64,000 nt of DNA, taken from contig QKAF01000027.1 of assembly GCA_003246455.1 (NCBI GenBank), forward strand, positions 33,201 through 97,200, written 5' to 3'. Under the pieces are notes generated by a model, which worked only from the letters and a program-made list of their open reading frames with translations, did not search any database and was not told the origin of the DNA. Source of the stretch: Bacteroidota bacterium (GTDB taxonomy: Bacteria > Bacteroidota > Ignavibacteria > SZUA-365). Made by a program: the position numbers and the translations under genes. Shown piece by piece: positions 18,998 through 27,929 of this stretch; within the stretch, counting starts at the first letter, position 1, and every line of letters starts with the position of its first letter.

Positions 18998-20931
18998 TCG
19001 ACGACCAGCTGCCGGATCTGCACGTCGCTGCCGCTGACAAGCTGAAGTGTATAGATGCCGCGTGAGAGTGCACGACCGTCAAACTGAATCGTGTGTGTCC
19101 CTGCGGTCAGATCGCCGCTGTGTATCATCGCCACCCGGCGGCCGAGGAGATCGCAGACGCAAAGCGAGGCGCGTAGGTTTCGGCCAGCTTCGAGGCGAAC
19201 GGCCAGCAGACCGTCCCGCTGCGGGGAGTAGGGGTGGGGATAGAGATCCGTCAGAAACACGTCCGGGCGCGGGACAGGGACGTCCTCGACGTTCACCGTG
19301 CGGTAGGAAAGCCGTTTGAGAACGATATTCCGCGGATCGAGGACGATATTCTTCACCTCTGTCGCGGGGATTTCGGGAAACGCGAATTCCTGCATATCGA
19401 CGGCGTCGGTGCTGATGCGCTTCCACAGCGTATCACCGGCATTGCGGATGATGATCAGATCCATCGGCATTCTGAAGAGAGGATACTTCGCCTGATCCTG
19501 CGTCTGGAGCAGGCGGACCCGGAGCGGCGCGCCGCTGTCATCGAGGACGCGCTGCAGCGTGTACTCCGGCCATCCGGCCGCGATCACCCATTCATCAAAG
19601 AACCACGCGAGATCCGCTCCGTGGAATTCTTCCATGACCTGACGGAGCGCACCGGTGGTCGCGTTTCCGTACGCATGGCGCTGGCCGTATGCACGAAGCC
19701 CGTCGAAAAAGTTCGCGTCACCCATGACGTCGCGAAGCATGGCCATCACGGCTCCGCCCTTGTGGTAGATCGTCGACGGGTAATTCGAGGAGGGAGCGGT
19801 TCGCGGGAAATCAAAGAGCGGGAAGACGCCCTCGTTGCGCGCATCGGAAATCCGATAGGTCTGGCCAGTGCTGCGAACGGCTTCGACATACGCGTCCGTT
19901 CCGCCAAGATGCTCGGCATACAGCATTTCGCTGAAAACGGCAAACCCTTCGTTCAGCCACACGTCGCGGAAGTCGGCACAGGTAACCCAGTCACCCCACC
20001 ACATGTGCGAAAGTTCGTGCGCCGCGGTCGTCCCTGCTTCGGAAAGGCCCGAAAACAGCTGCGCCGCGTAGCTGATCATCGTCTGGTGTTCCATCGATCC
20101 GATCGGGGTGATGCAGTACCCGATCTTGTCGAAGGGATACGCGCCGAAACGCTGCGTGAACACATCCATCATGCCGCCGACAGTGGCGAAATACTGCACG
20201 GCGCGCAGGGAATCCGCGCGGGGGACGTAGTACTGCATGGGGATGCCGTTCCACGCATCCTCGACGAGCGCGTAGTCGCTTATTGCGTAGGTGAAGAGAT
20301 AGGTGGCGGTCGGGTGATTCTCCGCCCAGCGCCAGGTGCTTCTGCCGCCGGCGGATGAATGGTCGACCATCAGCCCCGTGCCCGCGACGGTCATTCCGTC
20401 AGGCACGATGAAGGAGACGTCGAAGGTCGCCTTGTCGGCAGGGATGTCGTTTGACGGCAGCCACCGGCGCATCATCGATACGTCGGGATCGGTGAATCCC
20501 ACGCCCATGAAATACGTCACGCTGCCCCAGTGACAGCCGCCCCAGGGGAAGCTGCCGCCCTCGTTCCCGGGTGAACCCGAGTACTGGATCCGGATTTCCG
20601 TTGTGTCTCCCGGAGCGAGCGCCGCGGGGAGATCCACCGTGAGGACGATGCGATCATAGGTGTTGGGCGCAATCATCCCGTACACGAAGCTCTTTACCGT
20701 GGCCGTTTCCATATCAACCAGGTCGAGCGGAATCTGCTGCAGATCGCCGTTCGAAGCGTTGCGTATCGTGAGTGTCGCATCGCCGGTGATGCGATTCTGC
20801 GTGAGGTCGAAGTCGACCTCCGCGCGATAATGCACGACATCGATATCCGGCGACTCGGCGAGAAGCGGAAGGGGGCTCAGGAAAAGAACGAGGAGGATCT
20901 GGAGAATGCGCATGGCTGCAGGACTCTTCAT
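18994..20931 (-). CDS. M1-family zinc aminopeptidase with T9SS C-terminal sorting domain.
   Basis: HELSHMWWGD...NEGFA (HExxH-x18-E gluzincin motif). C-terminal CTD (HTIQFDGRALSRGIYTLQL...). Confidence 0.85.
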   Translation of the reverse strand: MKSPAAMRILQILLVLFLSPLPLLAESPDIDVVHYRAEVDFDLTQNRITGDATLTIRNASNGDLQQIPLDLVDMETATVKSFVYGMIAPNTYDRIVLTVDLPAALAPGDTTEIRIQYSGSPGNEGGSFPWGGCHWGSVTYFMGVGFTDPDVSMMRRWLPSNDIPADKATFDVSFIVPDGMTVAGTGLMVDHSSAGGRSTWRWAENHPTATYLFTYAISDYALVEDAWNGIPMQYYVPRADSLRAVQYFATVGGMMDVFTQRFGAYPFDKIGYCITPIGSMEHQTMISYAAQLFSGLSEAGTTAAHELSHMWWGDWVTCADFRDVWLNEGFAVFSEMLYAEHLGGTDAYVEAVRSTGQTYRISDARNEGVFPLFDFPRTAPSSNYPSTIYHKGGAVMAMLRDVMGDANFFDGLRAYGQRHAYGNATTGALRQVMEEFHGADLAWFFDEWVIAAGWPEYTLQRVLDDSGAPLRVRLLQTQDQAKYPLFRMPMDLIIIRNAGDTLWKRISTDAVDMQEFAFPEIPATEVKNIVLDPRNIVLKRLSYRTVNVEDVPVPRPDVFLTDLYPHPYSPQRDGLLAVRLEAGRNLRASLCVCDLLGRRVAMIHSGDLTAGTHTIQFDGRALSRGIYTLQLVSGSDVQIRQLVVD

Positions 20932-20945
20932 TGCGAGGTGACGAA

Positions 20946-21650
20946 TTAGTTTCTGCCGTGCGGCGCGGCCGCCGCATCGTTGGCTTCGAACACGGAATCG
21001 GGAATTCCCTTGTTGACCATGTAGCCGTGGTATTTCATGGTGATACGTGCCTTGCCGCCTTTCGATTTGTCCGCGGACGTCGATTTCTGTCCGGGACGCT
21101 GCATGTGCATGGGGGAATCCATTTCGATATCGATGCGGGACGGCAGGGAGTATTTCCCGTCCACGCGCTCATAGGTGAAATCGGCCGTTGCGGATGATCC
21201 GGTTCCCGGATCGAAATCCATGCGCATGATAAGGGATCGCTTCGAATCGACGTAAATCATCGCGCGCTGCAGCCGCAGGGTATCGGATTTTGCGAGCATT
21301 TTCACCTTCACGCATTCGACCGAACGGATGCGTTCGCTGCCCTGCATGACGAGGTCGTAATCGTTTTTGTTGAACATCGCAGGGTTGAATCCCACGGCAT
21401 CCCGCGGGAGCATCGCGAATCCGTCGCTTTTGAGCTGGACTTTATCCGGTTTCCTGAAGTACATCGTCGCGTTCATCGGGGGCACGCTCAGTCCCTTCAT
21501 GTTGATGGTCGCGCTGATCTGCACCTGATAGTCATGCACGCTTTCATACTGCGCAATGACACCGTCGAGGATCTCCCCGGCATTCTGCTGCGCCGGCGCG
21601 GACGCGGAAACGAGGAAAAGGGCAGCGGCAAGGAAAATCATGCGTGGCAT
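20946..21650 (-). CDS. Secreted LolA-like / outer-membrane lipoprotein-sorting-fold protein (putative).
   Basis: Signal peptide MPRMIFLAAALFLVSASAPAQ. Beta-rich, ~234 aa. Immediately downstream of an ABC-2 permease. Confidence 0.4.
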   Translation of the reverse strand: MPRMIFLAAALFLVSASAPAQQNAGEILDGVIAQYESVHDYQVQISATINMKGLSVPPMNATMYFRKPDKVQLKSDGFAMLPRDAVGFNPAMFNKNDYDLVMQGSERIRSVECVKVKMLAKSDTLRLQRAMIYVDSKRSLIMRMDFDPGTGSSATADFTYERVDGKYSLPSRIDIEMDSPMHMQRPGQKSTSADKSKGGKARITMKYHGYMVNKGIPDSVFEANDAAAAPHGRN

Positions 21651-21720
21651 ATCTGTACCGGTTGTATGAAAAAATGTAAGAAAGTTTGAGAGGAAAAACA
21701 GCGTGTTTCGCGGTGGGACA

Positions 21721-22560
21721 TCAGGACAGAATATCCTTGCGACTGAAGATGGCCCATGCGGCACCGAGAAACAGCAGGAAGAAGGCACTCAGCGCGAGCA
21801 CGTCCTTCCCGATCGAGAGCAAATCGATCGGGTCGCTGAAAGCCTTTCTCCAGACATCGGTGTATGTCGTGAAAAGGAACGGGCGGATGCTCTCGAAGAA
21901 ATCGAACGGCAGGTTTCCCAGAATCAGGAAGAGGATGATGACGGCGAAGGATCCCACGATGGGGCCGACCGCATTTTCGACGAAGGAGCTGAACAGCATT
22001 CCCAGCGCGGCGACGACGCACATCGCGCCGCCGGCGAGAAGATACGCGAAGAGGAAGCGCCACCACAGCTCGCCGCGTGCGATGATCGCGATGCCGTCGT
22101 CACGCATGGTGAACATGTCCCCATGACCGAAGAGGATCAATCCCAGCGTGATGCTGAAGGCCCCGAGGAAGAACACGAGCGAATAGGTATAAATGGCCGC
22201 GCTGAGAGCCTTGACGGAGAAGATGCGGGTGCGTGACGGAGGACGCGTCAGAAGGATGCGGTACGTTCCGCTGGTTGCCTCGCCGGCGAAAATATCCCCC
22301 GCGACGAGGAGAATGAGAAACGGGACATGGACGAACAGCGCGTTCATGACCATGTTGGAGACGAACCACCCGTTGAACAGGGAGCCGACGAACAGGAAAT
22401 TCTGCTGCAGTCCCCGGCTCATTCCGCGAACCATGTCGTCGCCGGCGGCCGAGAAGCCCCAGTACGCCAGGGGAATGAGCACCGCAATCAGGCCGAAACC
22501 GATGTAGGTGCGAAGCTTGCGGTAGGTCTTTGTCAGTTCGTAGCGTACCAGCGTGATCAT
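21721..22560 (-). CDS. ABC-2 type transporter permease (6 TM).
   Basis: 279-aa polytopic membrane protein with ABC-2 topology. No cognate ATPase adjacent. Confidence 0.6.
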   Translation of the reverse strand: MITLVRYELTKTYRKLRTYIGFGLIAVLIPLAYWGFSAAGDDMVRGMSRGLQQNFLFVGSLFNGWFVSNMVMNALFVHVPFLILLVAGDIFAGEATSGTYRILLTRPPSRTRIFSVKALSAAIYTYSLVFFLGAFSITLGLILFGHGDMFTMRDDGIAIIARGELWWRFLFAYLLAGGAMCVVAALGMLFSSFVENAVGPIVGSFAVIILFLILGNLPFDFFESIRPFLFTTYTDVWRKAFSDPIDLLSIGKDVLALSAFFLLFLGAAWAIFSRKDILS

Positions 22561-22624
22561 ACGGATTCCCCGAACGGATGGCCGGACAGATTCAGCGTAC
22601 CCGGGGCACGGGATGGCCGCGGTG

Positions 22625-23995
22625 TCAGCGTTTTCCGCGGACGAGATTTTTCAGCGCCCGCACTTCATTTTCATCGAGATAGCGCCATGCGCCGCGCTTG
22701 AGTCGGGCAAGCGACAGTCCCGCATAGCTGATGCGGTCGAGTTTACGCACGTCATACCCGAGTGTTTCAAACATGCGCCGCACCTGACGGTTTCGTCCTT
22801 CATGGATGGTCAGTCCCACGACCATGCCCTGCGGGCTGTCGAGAACCTCCGCATCGCAGGGTGCGGTCATGCCGTCTTCGAGCTTGATCCCTCTCCGCAG
22901 CGCCTGGATGTCCTGCGGTTTCACCTTCGTCGAGACCTCGACGATGTAGTTCTTCGGCGCATTGAAGCGCGGATGCATGAGCTTGTTCGCCAGGTCGCCG
23001 TCATTCGTCAGCAGCAGAGCGCCCGTGGTGTTGCGGTCGAGTCGGCCGACGGGATAGACATGATGCTCGGCGGGTATGAGCTCCATGACCGTGCGCCGTC
23101 CCATGTCATCGTCGGTGGTGGTGATGCAGTCTTTCGGCTTGTTGAGCAGGATGTAGTAAAGCTGCGACTGGATATACACCGGTGTGCCCCGGACGCTGAT
23201 CTCGTCCCGGTCAGGATGCACCTTCATTCCGAGTTCGGTCACCACCTTCCCGTTGACGCGAACCACACCCGCTTCGATCAGGCCGTCGGCCTTGCGCCGC
23301 GCTGCGACCCCTGCCTCGGCAAGAAACTTGTTGAGGCGCATCTCGCTTTCGACTTCCCGTACCGCTGCGGTCTGCCGACGCGGTCTGTTCTTGCCCGTCT
23401 CACGCTGAAGCCGGCTGTGTGCCTGCTCCGTCGATTTACGCTTGATGCCGTGGCCGCCCTGCGGTGCCTGCCGCTTCGCGCCGCCGCTCCTGGGAGCCGC
23501 CGCGTGCGTGCGTTTCGCCGCAACCTCGTGCGCAGCTGCGCCTCCGTGCGCCGCGGTTCCAGAAGATCGCCGCGGCCGGCTGCTGTGCTGCGTCGCAGCC
23601 GAAGACCGCCGGGTTCCGCCGTGCGAAGGGGATCCGGACGACCTCCGGGGACCGCCTGCATGCGGCCCCGTACCGGAAGATTTCCGGGGACCGCCTGTAT
23701 GCGACCCTGCGCCTGAGGAATGCCCGGGGCTGCCGCCATGCGGGCCCGCGCCGGAAGAATGCCTGGGACCGCCGCCGTGCGGTCTCGTACCGGAAGATTT
23801 CCGGGGACCGCCTGCATGCGACCCTGCGCCTGAGGAATGCCTGGGGCTGCCGCCGCGTGACGGGGTGCCGGAAGGGCGACGCGAACCGCCGCCGTGTGCT
23901 CCCGCACCGGACGAGCGTTTCGCTCCGCCGCCACGTGATGCGGTGCCGGAGCTTCGTTTGGGATTGCCGCGCGGTGCGTGGGGTTTGCCTGCCAT
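22625..23995 (-). CDS. rluB: 23S rRNA pseudouridine synthase RluB with a ~215-aa Arg/Gly/Ser-rich repetitive N-terminal extension.
   Basis: S4 domain plus RsuA/RluB catalytic core (MRLNKFLAEAGVASRR..., VGRLDRNTTGALLLTNDG). N-terminal region of degenerate tandem repeats (HSSGAGSHAGGPRKSSGT...). Confidence 0.8.
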   Translation of the reverse strand: MAGKPHAPRGNPKRSSGTASRGGGAKRSSGAGAHGGGSRRPSGTPSRGGSPRHSSGAGSHAGGPRKSSGTRPHGGGPRHSSGAGPHGGSPGHSSGAGSHTGGPRKSSGTGPHAGGPRRSSGSPSHGGTRRSSAATQHSSRPRRSSGTAAHGGAAAHEVAAKRTHAAAPRSGGAKRQAPQGGHGIKRKSTEQAHSRLQRETGKNRPRRQTAAVREVESEMRLNKFLAEAGVAARRKADGLIEAGVVRVNGKVVTELGMKVHPDRDEISVRGTPVYIQSQLYYILLNKPKDCITTTDDDMGRRTVMELIPAEHHVYPVGRLDRNTTGALLLTNDGDLANKLMHPRFNAPKNYIVEVSTKVKPQDIQALRRGIKLEDGMTAPCDAEVLDSPQGMVVGLTIHEGRNRQVRRMFETLGYDVRKLDRISYAGLSLARLKRGAWRYLDENEVRALKNLVRGKR

Positions 23996-25452
23996 CAGAT
24001 CATCTCCTGTTCGTCGGGACTTTCATCATCAAACGGCGTGTGCTCAGCGGAGAAGTCATCATCACCGCTGATATCGTCGTCAATCATCGTTTCGATTTCG
24101 TCGTCCGTTTCAGATTCGTCCGGCGGGTTGTTCATCCCGCTGGCTTCGTCTTCACCCACCGTTTCGGAATCTCCATCCGCGCCGTTCTCATCCGGCAGAT
24201 CGTCGAACTGCACGTGAAGCACCGGCGCCGAAATCGGGGCATCATCTTCCTGGGCGCCGCTGTCGATCGCCGGATCCTCATCCGTTTCCGCGTCATCGGC
24301 GACAGCGTCATCAGCGACAGCGTCATCGGCGACAGCGTCATCGGCGACAGCGTCATCGGCGACAGCGTCTTCCGGATCACCACTGCGGTCCTGTTCCCGC
24401 AGGCGCGCGTTGTCAAAGAGACGCTCGAGTTCCTGCGAGGATACGCGGGTGAGTGCCGCAGCCTTGTCCGGATCCATCTCGTCGATCGGATTGACCGACA
24501 GCTCTTCCTCGGAGGAAAGCAGGTCCTTGATCTCCCGGGGTTTCGGGAGATCGTTGATGCTGCTGAGGCCGAAGTGCTTCAGGAAGGTTTTCGTTGTGCC
24601 GTAGAGCAGCGGACGTCCCGGACTGTCTTCGCGCCCGACAATGGAAATGAGATTCCGCTCGAGCAGGGATTTGACCACATGGTCGGCATTCACACCGCGG
24701 ATGCCTTCCACCGCGGGCTTGCTGATCGGCTGACGGAAGGCGATGATCGACAGGGTTTCGAGCGCGCTCTGGGTGAGGCGCCGGCGCGAACGTTCCGCGA
24801 ACAGGCGGCCGACCCACGCCCCGTACTCACCGGTGGTCTGAAACGCGAAGCCGCCGGAAACCTCGATGATACGGAACGACCGGCCGCTGTCTGAATACGC
24901 GTCATTGAGCCAGTCGATCGCGCGTTTGACCCGCGTGATCGTCAGCCGCGGCGTTTTCCTTCGCCGCCCGCGCGTGGGCGCGGTTTCTTCCTCGACAGTT
25001 TCCTCGTCCCCGGTTTCATTCGGGGCAAGCAGTTCCTTGATCTGCTTGAATGTCAGAGGCTCATCCGAGGCGAAGATCAGTGCCTCGAGAATGCCGCGGA
25101 ATTCCGGATCCTCTTCGGCATCGTCGTCATCCTCCGCGCCGTCCTCGTCCGCGACTCCTTCCGGAGCAGGGGCTGTCGGTTTCGCATCCGCGGTCTCCTC
25201 CGCGGCCGGCGCCGCTTCTTCGACGAGCGCGTCCGAGACGGAATCCTCTTCCGGAGCCGGTTCCGTTTCTTCCGCCTGCGCGGGTTCGGCGTTTGCTTCC
25301 TGCGCCGGGACGGGCGCGGTTTCTTCCGCCGGCGTCATGTCGACGCTTTCGGCGGCGTCGGTGCCCGGGACGATTTCCGTCACGGCGGCATCTTCCGCCG
25401 CGGCGTTCACATCAGGCCGTTGGGGCTTCAGTTTTTTCTTTTTCTTCTTCAT
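23995..25452 (-). CDS. scpB: Segregation and condensation protein B with long acidic N- and C-terminal extensions.
   Basis: Core LEALIFASDEPL...SGGFAFQT...RPISKPAVEGIRGVNADHVVKSLLERNLI...GRPLLYGTTKTFLKHFGL. Contains a (DDAVA)x5 pentapeptide repeat. Its stop overlaps the rluB start (TGATG). Confidence 0.75.
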   Translation of the reverse strand: MKKKKKKLKPQRPDVNAAAEDAAVTEIVPGTDAAESVDMTPAEETAPVPAQEANAEPAQAEETEPAPEEDSVSDALVEEAAPAAEETADAKPTAPAPEGVADEDGAEDDDDAEEDPEFRGILEALIFASDEPLTFKQIKELLAPNETGDEETVEEETAPTRGRRRKTPRLTITRVKRAIDWLNDAYSDSGRSFRIIEVSGGFAFQTTGEYGAWVGRLFAERSRRRLTQSALETLSIIAFRQPISKPAVEGIRGVNADHVVKSLLERNLISIVGREDSPGRPLLYGTTKTFLKHFGLSSINDLPKPREIKDLLSSEEELSVNPIDEMDPDKAAALTRVSSQELERLFDNARLREQDRSGDPEDAVADDAVADDAVADDAVADDAVADDAETDEDPAIDSGAQEDDAPISAPVLHVQFDDLPDENGADGDSETVGEDEASGMNNPPDESETDDEIETMIDDDISGDDDFSAEHTPFDDESPDEQEMI

Positions 25453-26206
25453 TGTTCTCTATGGGGACGTCAATGTCCGCCGTTTCATTTCTGATTATTT
25501 CGAAGTCGTTGAACGGTCCGAAGATTTCGACGCGAATGCGCCGCGCCCGGATCAGCTCGAGCATTGCGACAAAAGTGACGACCACCTGAACCTTCTCAGT
25601 CATCTCCCGCATGATTTCGAGGAAGTTGTATTTCGGCCTTCCGTCGAAACGCTTCATCAGCCAGCTTCCCTGTTCCTCGATGCTCCACGGAATCGCGCGC
25701 ACTTCATGCACGGTTTTCTTCGGGATGTTCATCATGGCGCGCTGGAAGGCCTTGATGAGCTGATACATGGTGACGTCTTCGAGAATGTCTTCGTCGTTCG
25801 CCACCGGGGTTTTCTTCACATCGTACTTGAACAGGCCGCGGTAGTGGCGCTCGCGCTGCTCGAGTTCGAGCTTCTGCAGCTCCTCCGCGGATTCCTTGTA
25901 CCGCTTGTATTCGAGCAGGCGCTGGGTGAGTTCGGCGCGAGGATCGATTTCTTCCTCCCCTTCCTCGCCCACGGTCTGCGGCAGCAGCATGCGCACCTTG
26001 ATGTGCATGAGCGTCGACGCCATGACGATGAACTCCCCGGCGAGCTCGAGATCCAGCATCTGCATCACGCGGATATAACTGAGAAATTCCTGCGTGATGT
26101 AAGCGATCGGGATGTTGTAGACGTCGAGTTCGTCGCGCCGGATGAAGAAGAGGAGAAGGTCGAGCGGCCCCTCGAAATCGGGTATTCTGACTTTAAACGT
26201 GCCCAC
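25412..26206 (-). CDS. scpA: Segregation and condensation protein A.
   Basis: FKVRIPDFEGPLDLLLFFIRRDELDVYNIPIAYITQEFLSYI is the ScpA N-terminal signature. Likely GTG start (VGTFKV) 2-3 nt after the trpS stop. The longer TTG-start table ORF is rejected. Confidence 0.7.
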   Translation of the reverse strand: MGTFKVRIPDFEGPLDLLLFFIRRDELDVYNIPIAYITQEFLSYIRVMQMLDLELAGEFIVMASTLMHIKVRMLLPQTVGEEGEEEIDPRAELTQRLLEYKRYKESAEELQKLELEQRERHYRGLFKYDVKKTPVANDEDILEDVTMYQLIKAFQRAMMNIPKKTVHEVRAIPWSIEEQGSWLMKRFDGRPKYNFLEIMREMTEKVQVVVTFVAMLELIRARRIRVEIFGPFNDFEIIRNETADIDVPIENNEEEKEKTEAPTA

Positions 26207-26208
26207 GC

Positions 26209-27201
26209 TCAGCCCAGTTTCATTGCATCGTGGACGGCGGCCATCGTTTCTCGCGCGACGGTGCGCGCGCGTTCCTCGCCGCTTCGGAGGATGTCCTCGA
26301 CGAGCGCCGGATTTTCCTCGTACGGTTTCCGCCTTTCGATATGCGGAGCAAGGAATTCGTTGATCGTCGCGCCGCAGCGTTTTTTGCAATCGACGCAGCC
26401 GAGCTCTCCGGATTCGCAGCCCTGGCGGATCTCCGCGGTTTCGCCGGGATTGAATTTCTCATGATACGTGAAAATGAGACAGACGTCGGGACGGCCCGGA
26501 TCGTTGCGCCGCACTTTCTGAACGTCCGTCGGGGCCTTGCGGAGCTTCTGCTCGACGATTGCCGGCTCGTCAGACAGAAGGATCGTGTTGTTCATGGACT
26601 TGGACATCTTCCGGTCCTTGCCGTCGAGTCCCGGCAGCCGTGCGAACTTCGTCAGCTTGGGCTCCGGTTCCGGAAACACCTCACCCCAGGTGCTGTTGAA
26701 CCGGCGCGCGATCTCGCGCGTGATCTCCACGTGCGACAGCTGGTCTTCGCCCACCGGGACGAGTTCGCCGCGATACAGAAGAATGTCGGCGGCCTGCAGC
26801 ACGGGATACCCGAGATGGCCGTACACGATGTTTTCGATTTCGAGATCGCGCACCTGTTCCTTGATGGAAGGATTGCGCTCGAGCCGGCTTTTCGTGATCA
26901 GCATGGAGAAGATCAGGTGCAGCTCCGTGTGCTCCTTGATCTGCGACTGCCGGAACACCGGGCTCTTCTCCGGATCGATCCCGCCCGCCAGCCAGTCGAT
27001 CACCATATCCACGGTATTCTGATACAGTCCGCTGGTGTCAAGATTGGTGGTCAGCGCGTGATAGTCGGCGACCAGGTGATAGTTGTTATAGGACTCCTGC
27101 AGGGCGACCCAGTTCTCCAGCGCTCCGGTCCAGTGGCCGAGGTGCAGTTTGCCCGTAGGGCGCATCCCGCTCAGGATGGTTTTTTTTCGCGGTTCATTCA
27201 T
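26209..27201 (-). CDS. trpS: Tryptophan--tRNA ligase.
   Basis: HIGH-type motif GKLHLGHW and KMSKS. 330 aa. Confidence 0.9.
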   Translation of the reverse strand: MNEPRKKTILSGMRPTGKLHLGHWTGALENWVALQESYNNYHLVADYHALTTNLDTSGLYQNTVDMVIDWLAGGIDPEKSPVFRQSQIKEHTELHLIFSMLITKSRLERNPSIKEQVRDLEIENIVYGHLGYPVLQAADILLYRGELVPVGEDQLSHVEITREIARRFNSTWGEVFPEPEPKLTKFARLPGLDGKDRKMSKSMNNTILLSDEPAIVEQKLRKAPTDVQKVRRNDPGRPDVCLIFTYHEKFNPGETAEIRQGCESGELGCVDCKKRCGATINEFLAPHIERRKPYEENPALVEDILRSGEERARTVARETMAAVHDAMKLG

Positions 27202-27282
27202 GGCGTAAGATTGTCAGCGGAACATACATCTTGTAAAGATATGAAACCGAAGGGCAGAGTTGAAAGGGGAAAGGAAGTTTGG

Positions 27283-27334
27283 CAGCAGGCCGTAGGGGCG
27301 AGCCAGCGGCTCGTCCATGGGCAGGAGGTCAGGC
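27283..27334. repeat. REP-like intergenic element, copy 2.
   Basis: Near-identical to 9736..9797. Overlaps the HNH gene stop codon. Confidence 0.5.
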
Positions 27335-27832
27335 CATGAAGAGATAGGGTTTCCAGAGTTCCTCGACGGCGTGGGCCGACTGGACGATGAAGGACACGCG
27401 TGACGGACGGCGCGGGACGCTTTTGAGGGTCATGCCGGCGCGTTCCGGTGTATGATCGCGTTTGCGGTTGTTGCAGGGCAGGCAGGCGGTGACGAGGTTT
27501 TCCCAGCTGTCCTTTCCGCCGCGCGCGCGGGGGATAATGTGGTCGACAGTCAGCGGAGCACTGGTCCCGCCGCAGTACTGGCAGCGATGGCCGTCGCGCC
27601 GCAGAATGTTTTTCCGCGAAAGGATGACATTCTTGAACGGGACGCGTTTGTAATGGGAGAGACGGATGACACTGGGGAAGGGGTAGGGGGCGTTGACGGT
27701 GCGGATTTTGCGAAGGGGGTTCTCGATGACGATATCCGCTTTTTCGAGATACAGAAGAATTACGGCCTTCTGCACGCTGCAGACACTGAGCGGTTCGTAA
27801 CTCTGGTTCAGGACGAGAACGCGACCGCTGAT
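27329..27832 (-). CDS. Small HNH endonuclease (cyanobacterial-type HNH family). N-terminus extends upstream of the first canonical start.
   Basis: HRCQYCG...LTVDHIIPRARGG..WENLVTACLPCN. The conserved N-terminal block RVLVLNQSYEPLSVCSVQKA continues in-frame upstream of the GTG at 27775. The only family-consistent initiator is an ATC at ~27832. The in-frame stop is at ~27887. Confidence 0.65.
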   Translation of the reverse strand: MSGRVLVLNQSYEPLSVCSVQKAVILLYLEKADIVIENPLRKIRTVNAPYPFPSVIRLSHYKRVPFKNVILSRKNILRRDGHRCQYCGGTSAPLTVDHIIPRARGGKDSWENLVTACLPCNNRKRDHTPERAGMTLKSVPRRPSRVSFIVQSAHAVEELWKPYLFMA

Positions 27833-27929
27833 TGACGAGGTTCTTTTCTCCGCGACTTCGAAGACCTGCTCCGCATTGGTGGCATATCAGAATAACATAG
27901 CGGATGAAACGGAGAAAGGCAATGCAAAA

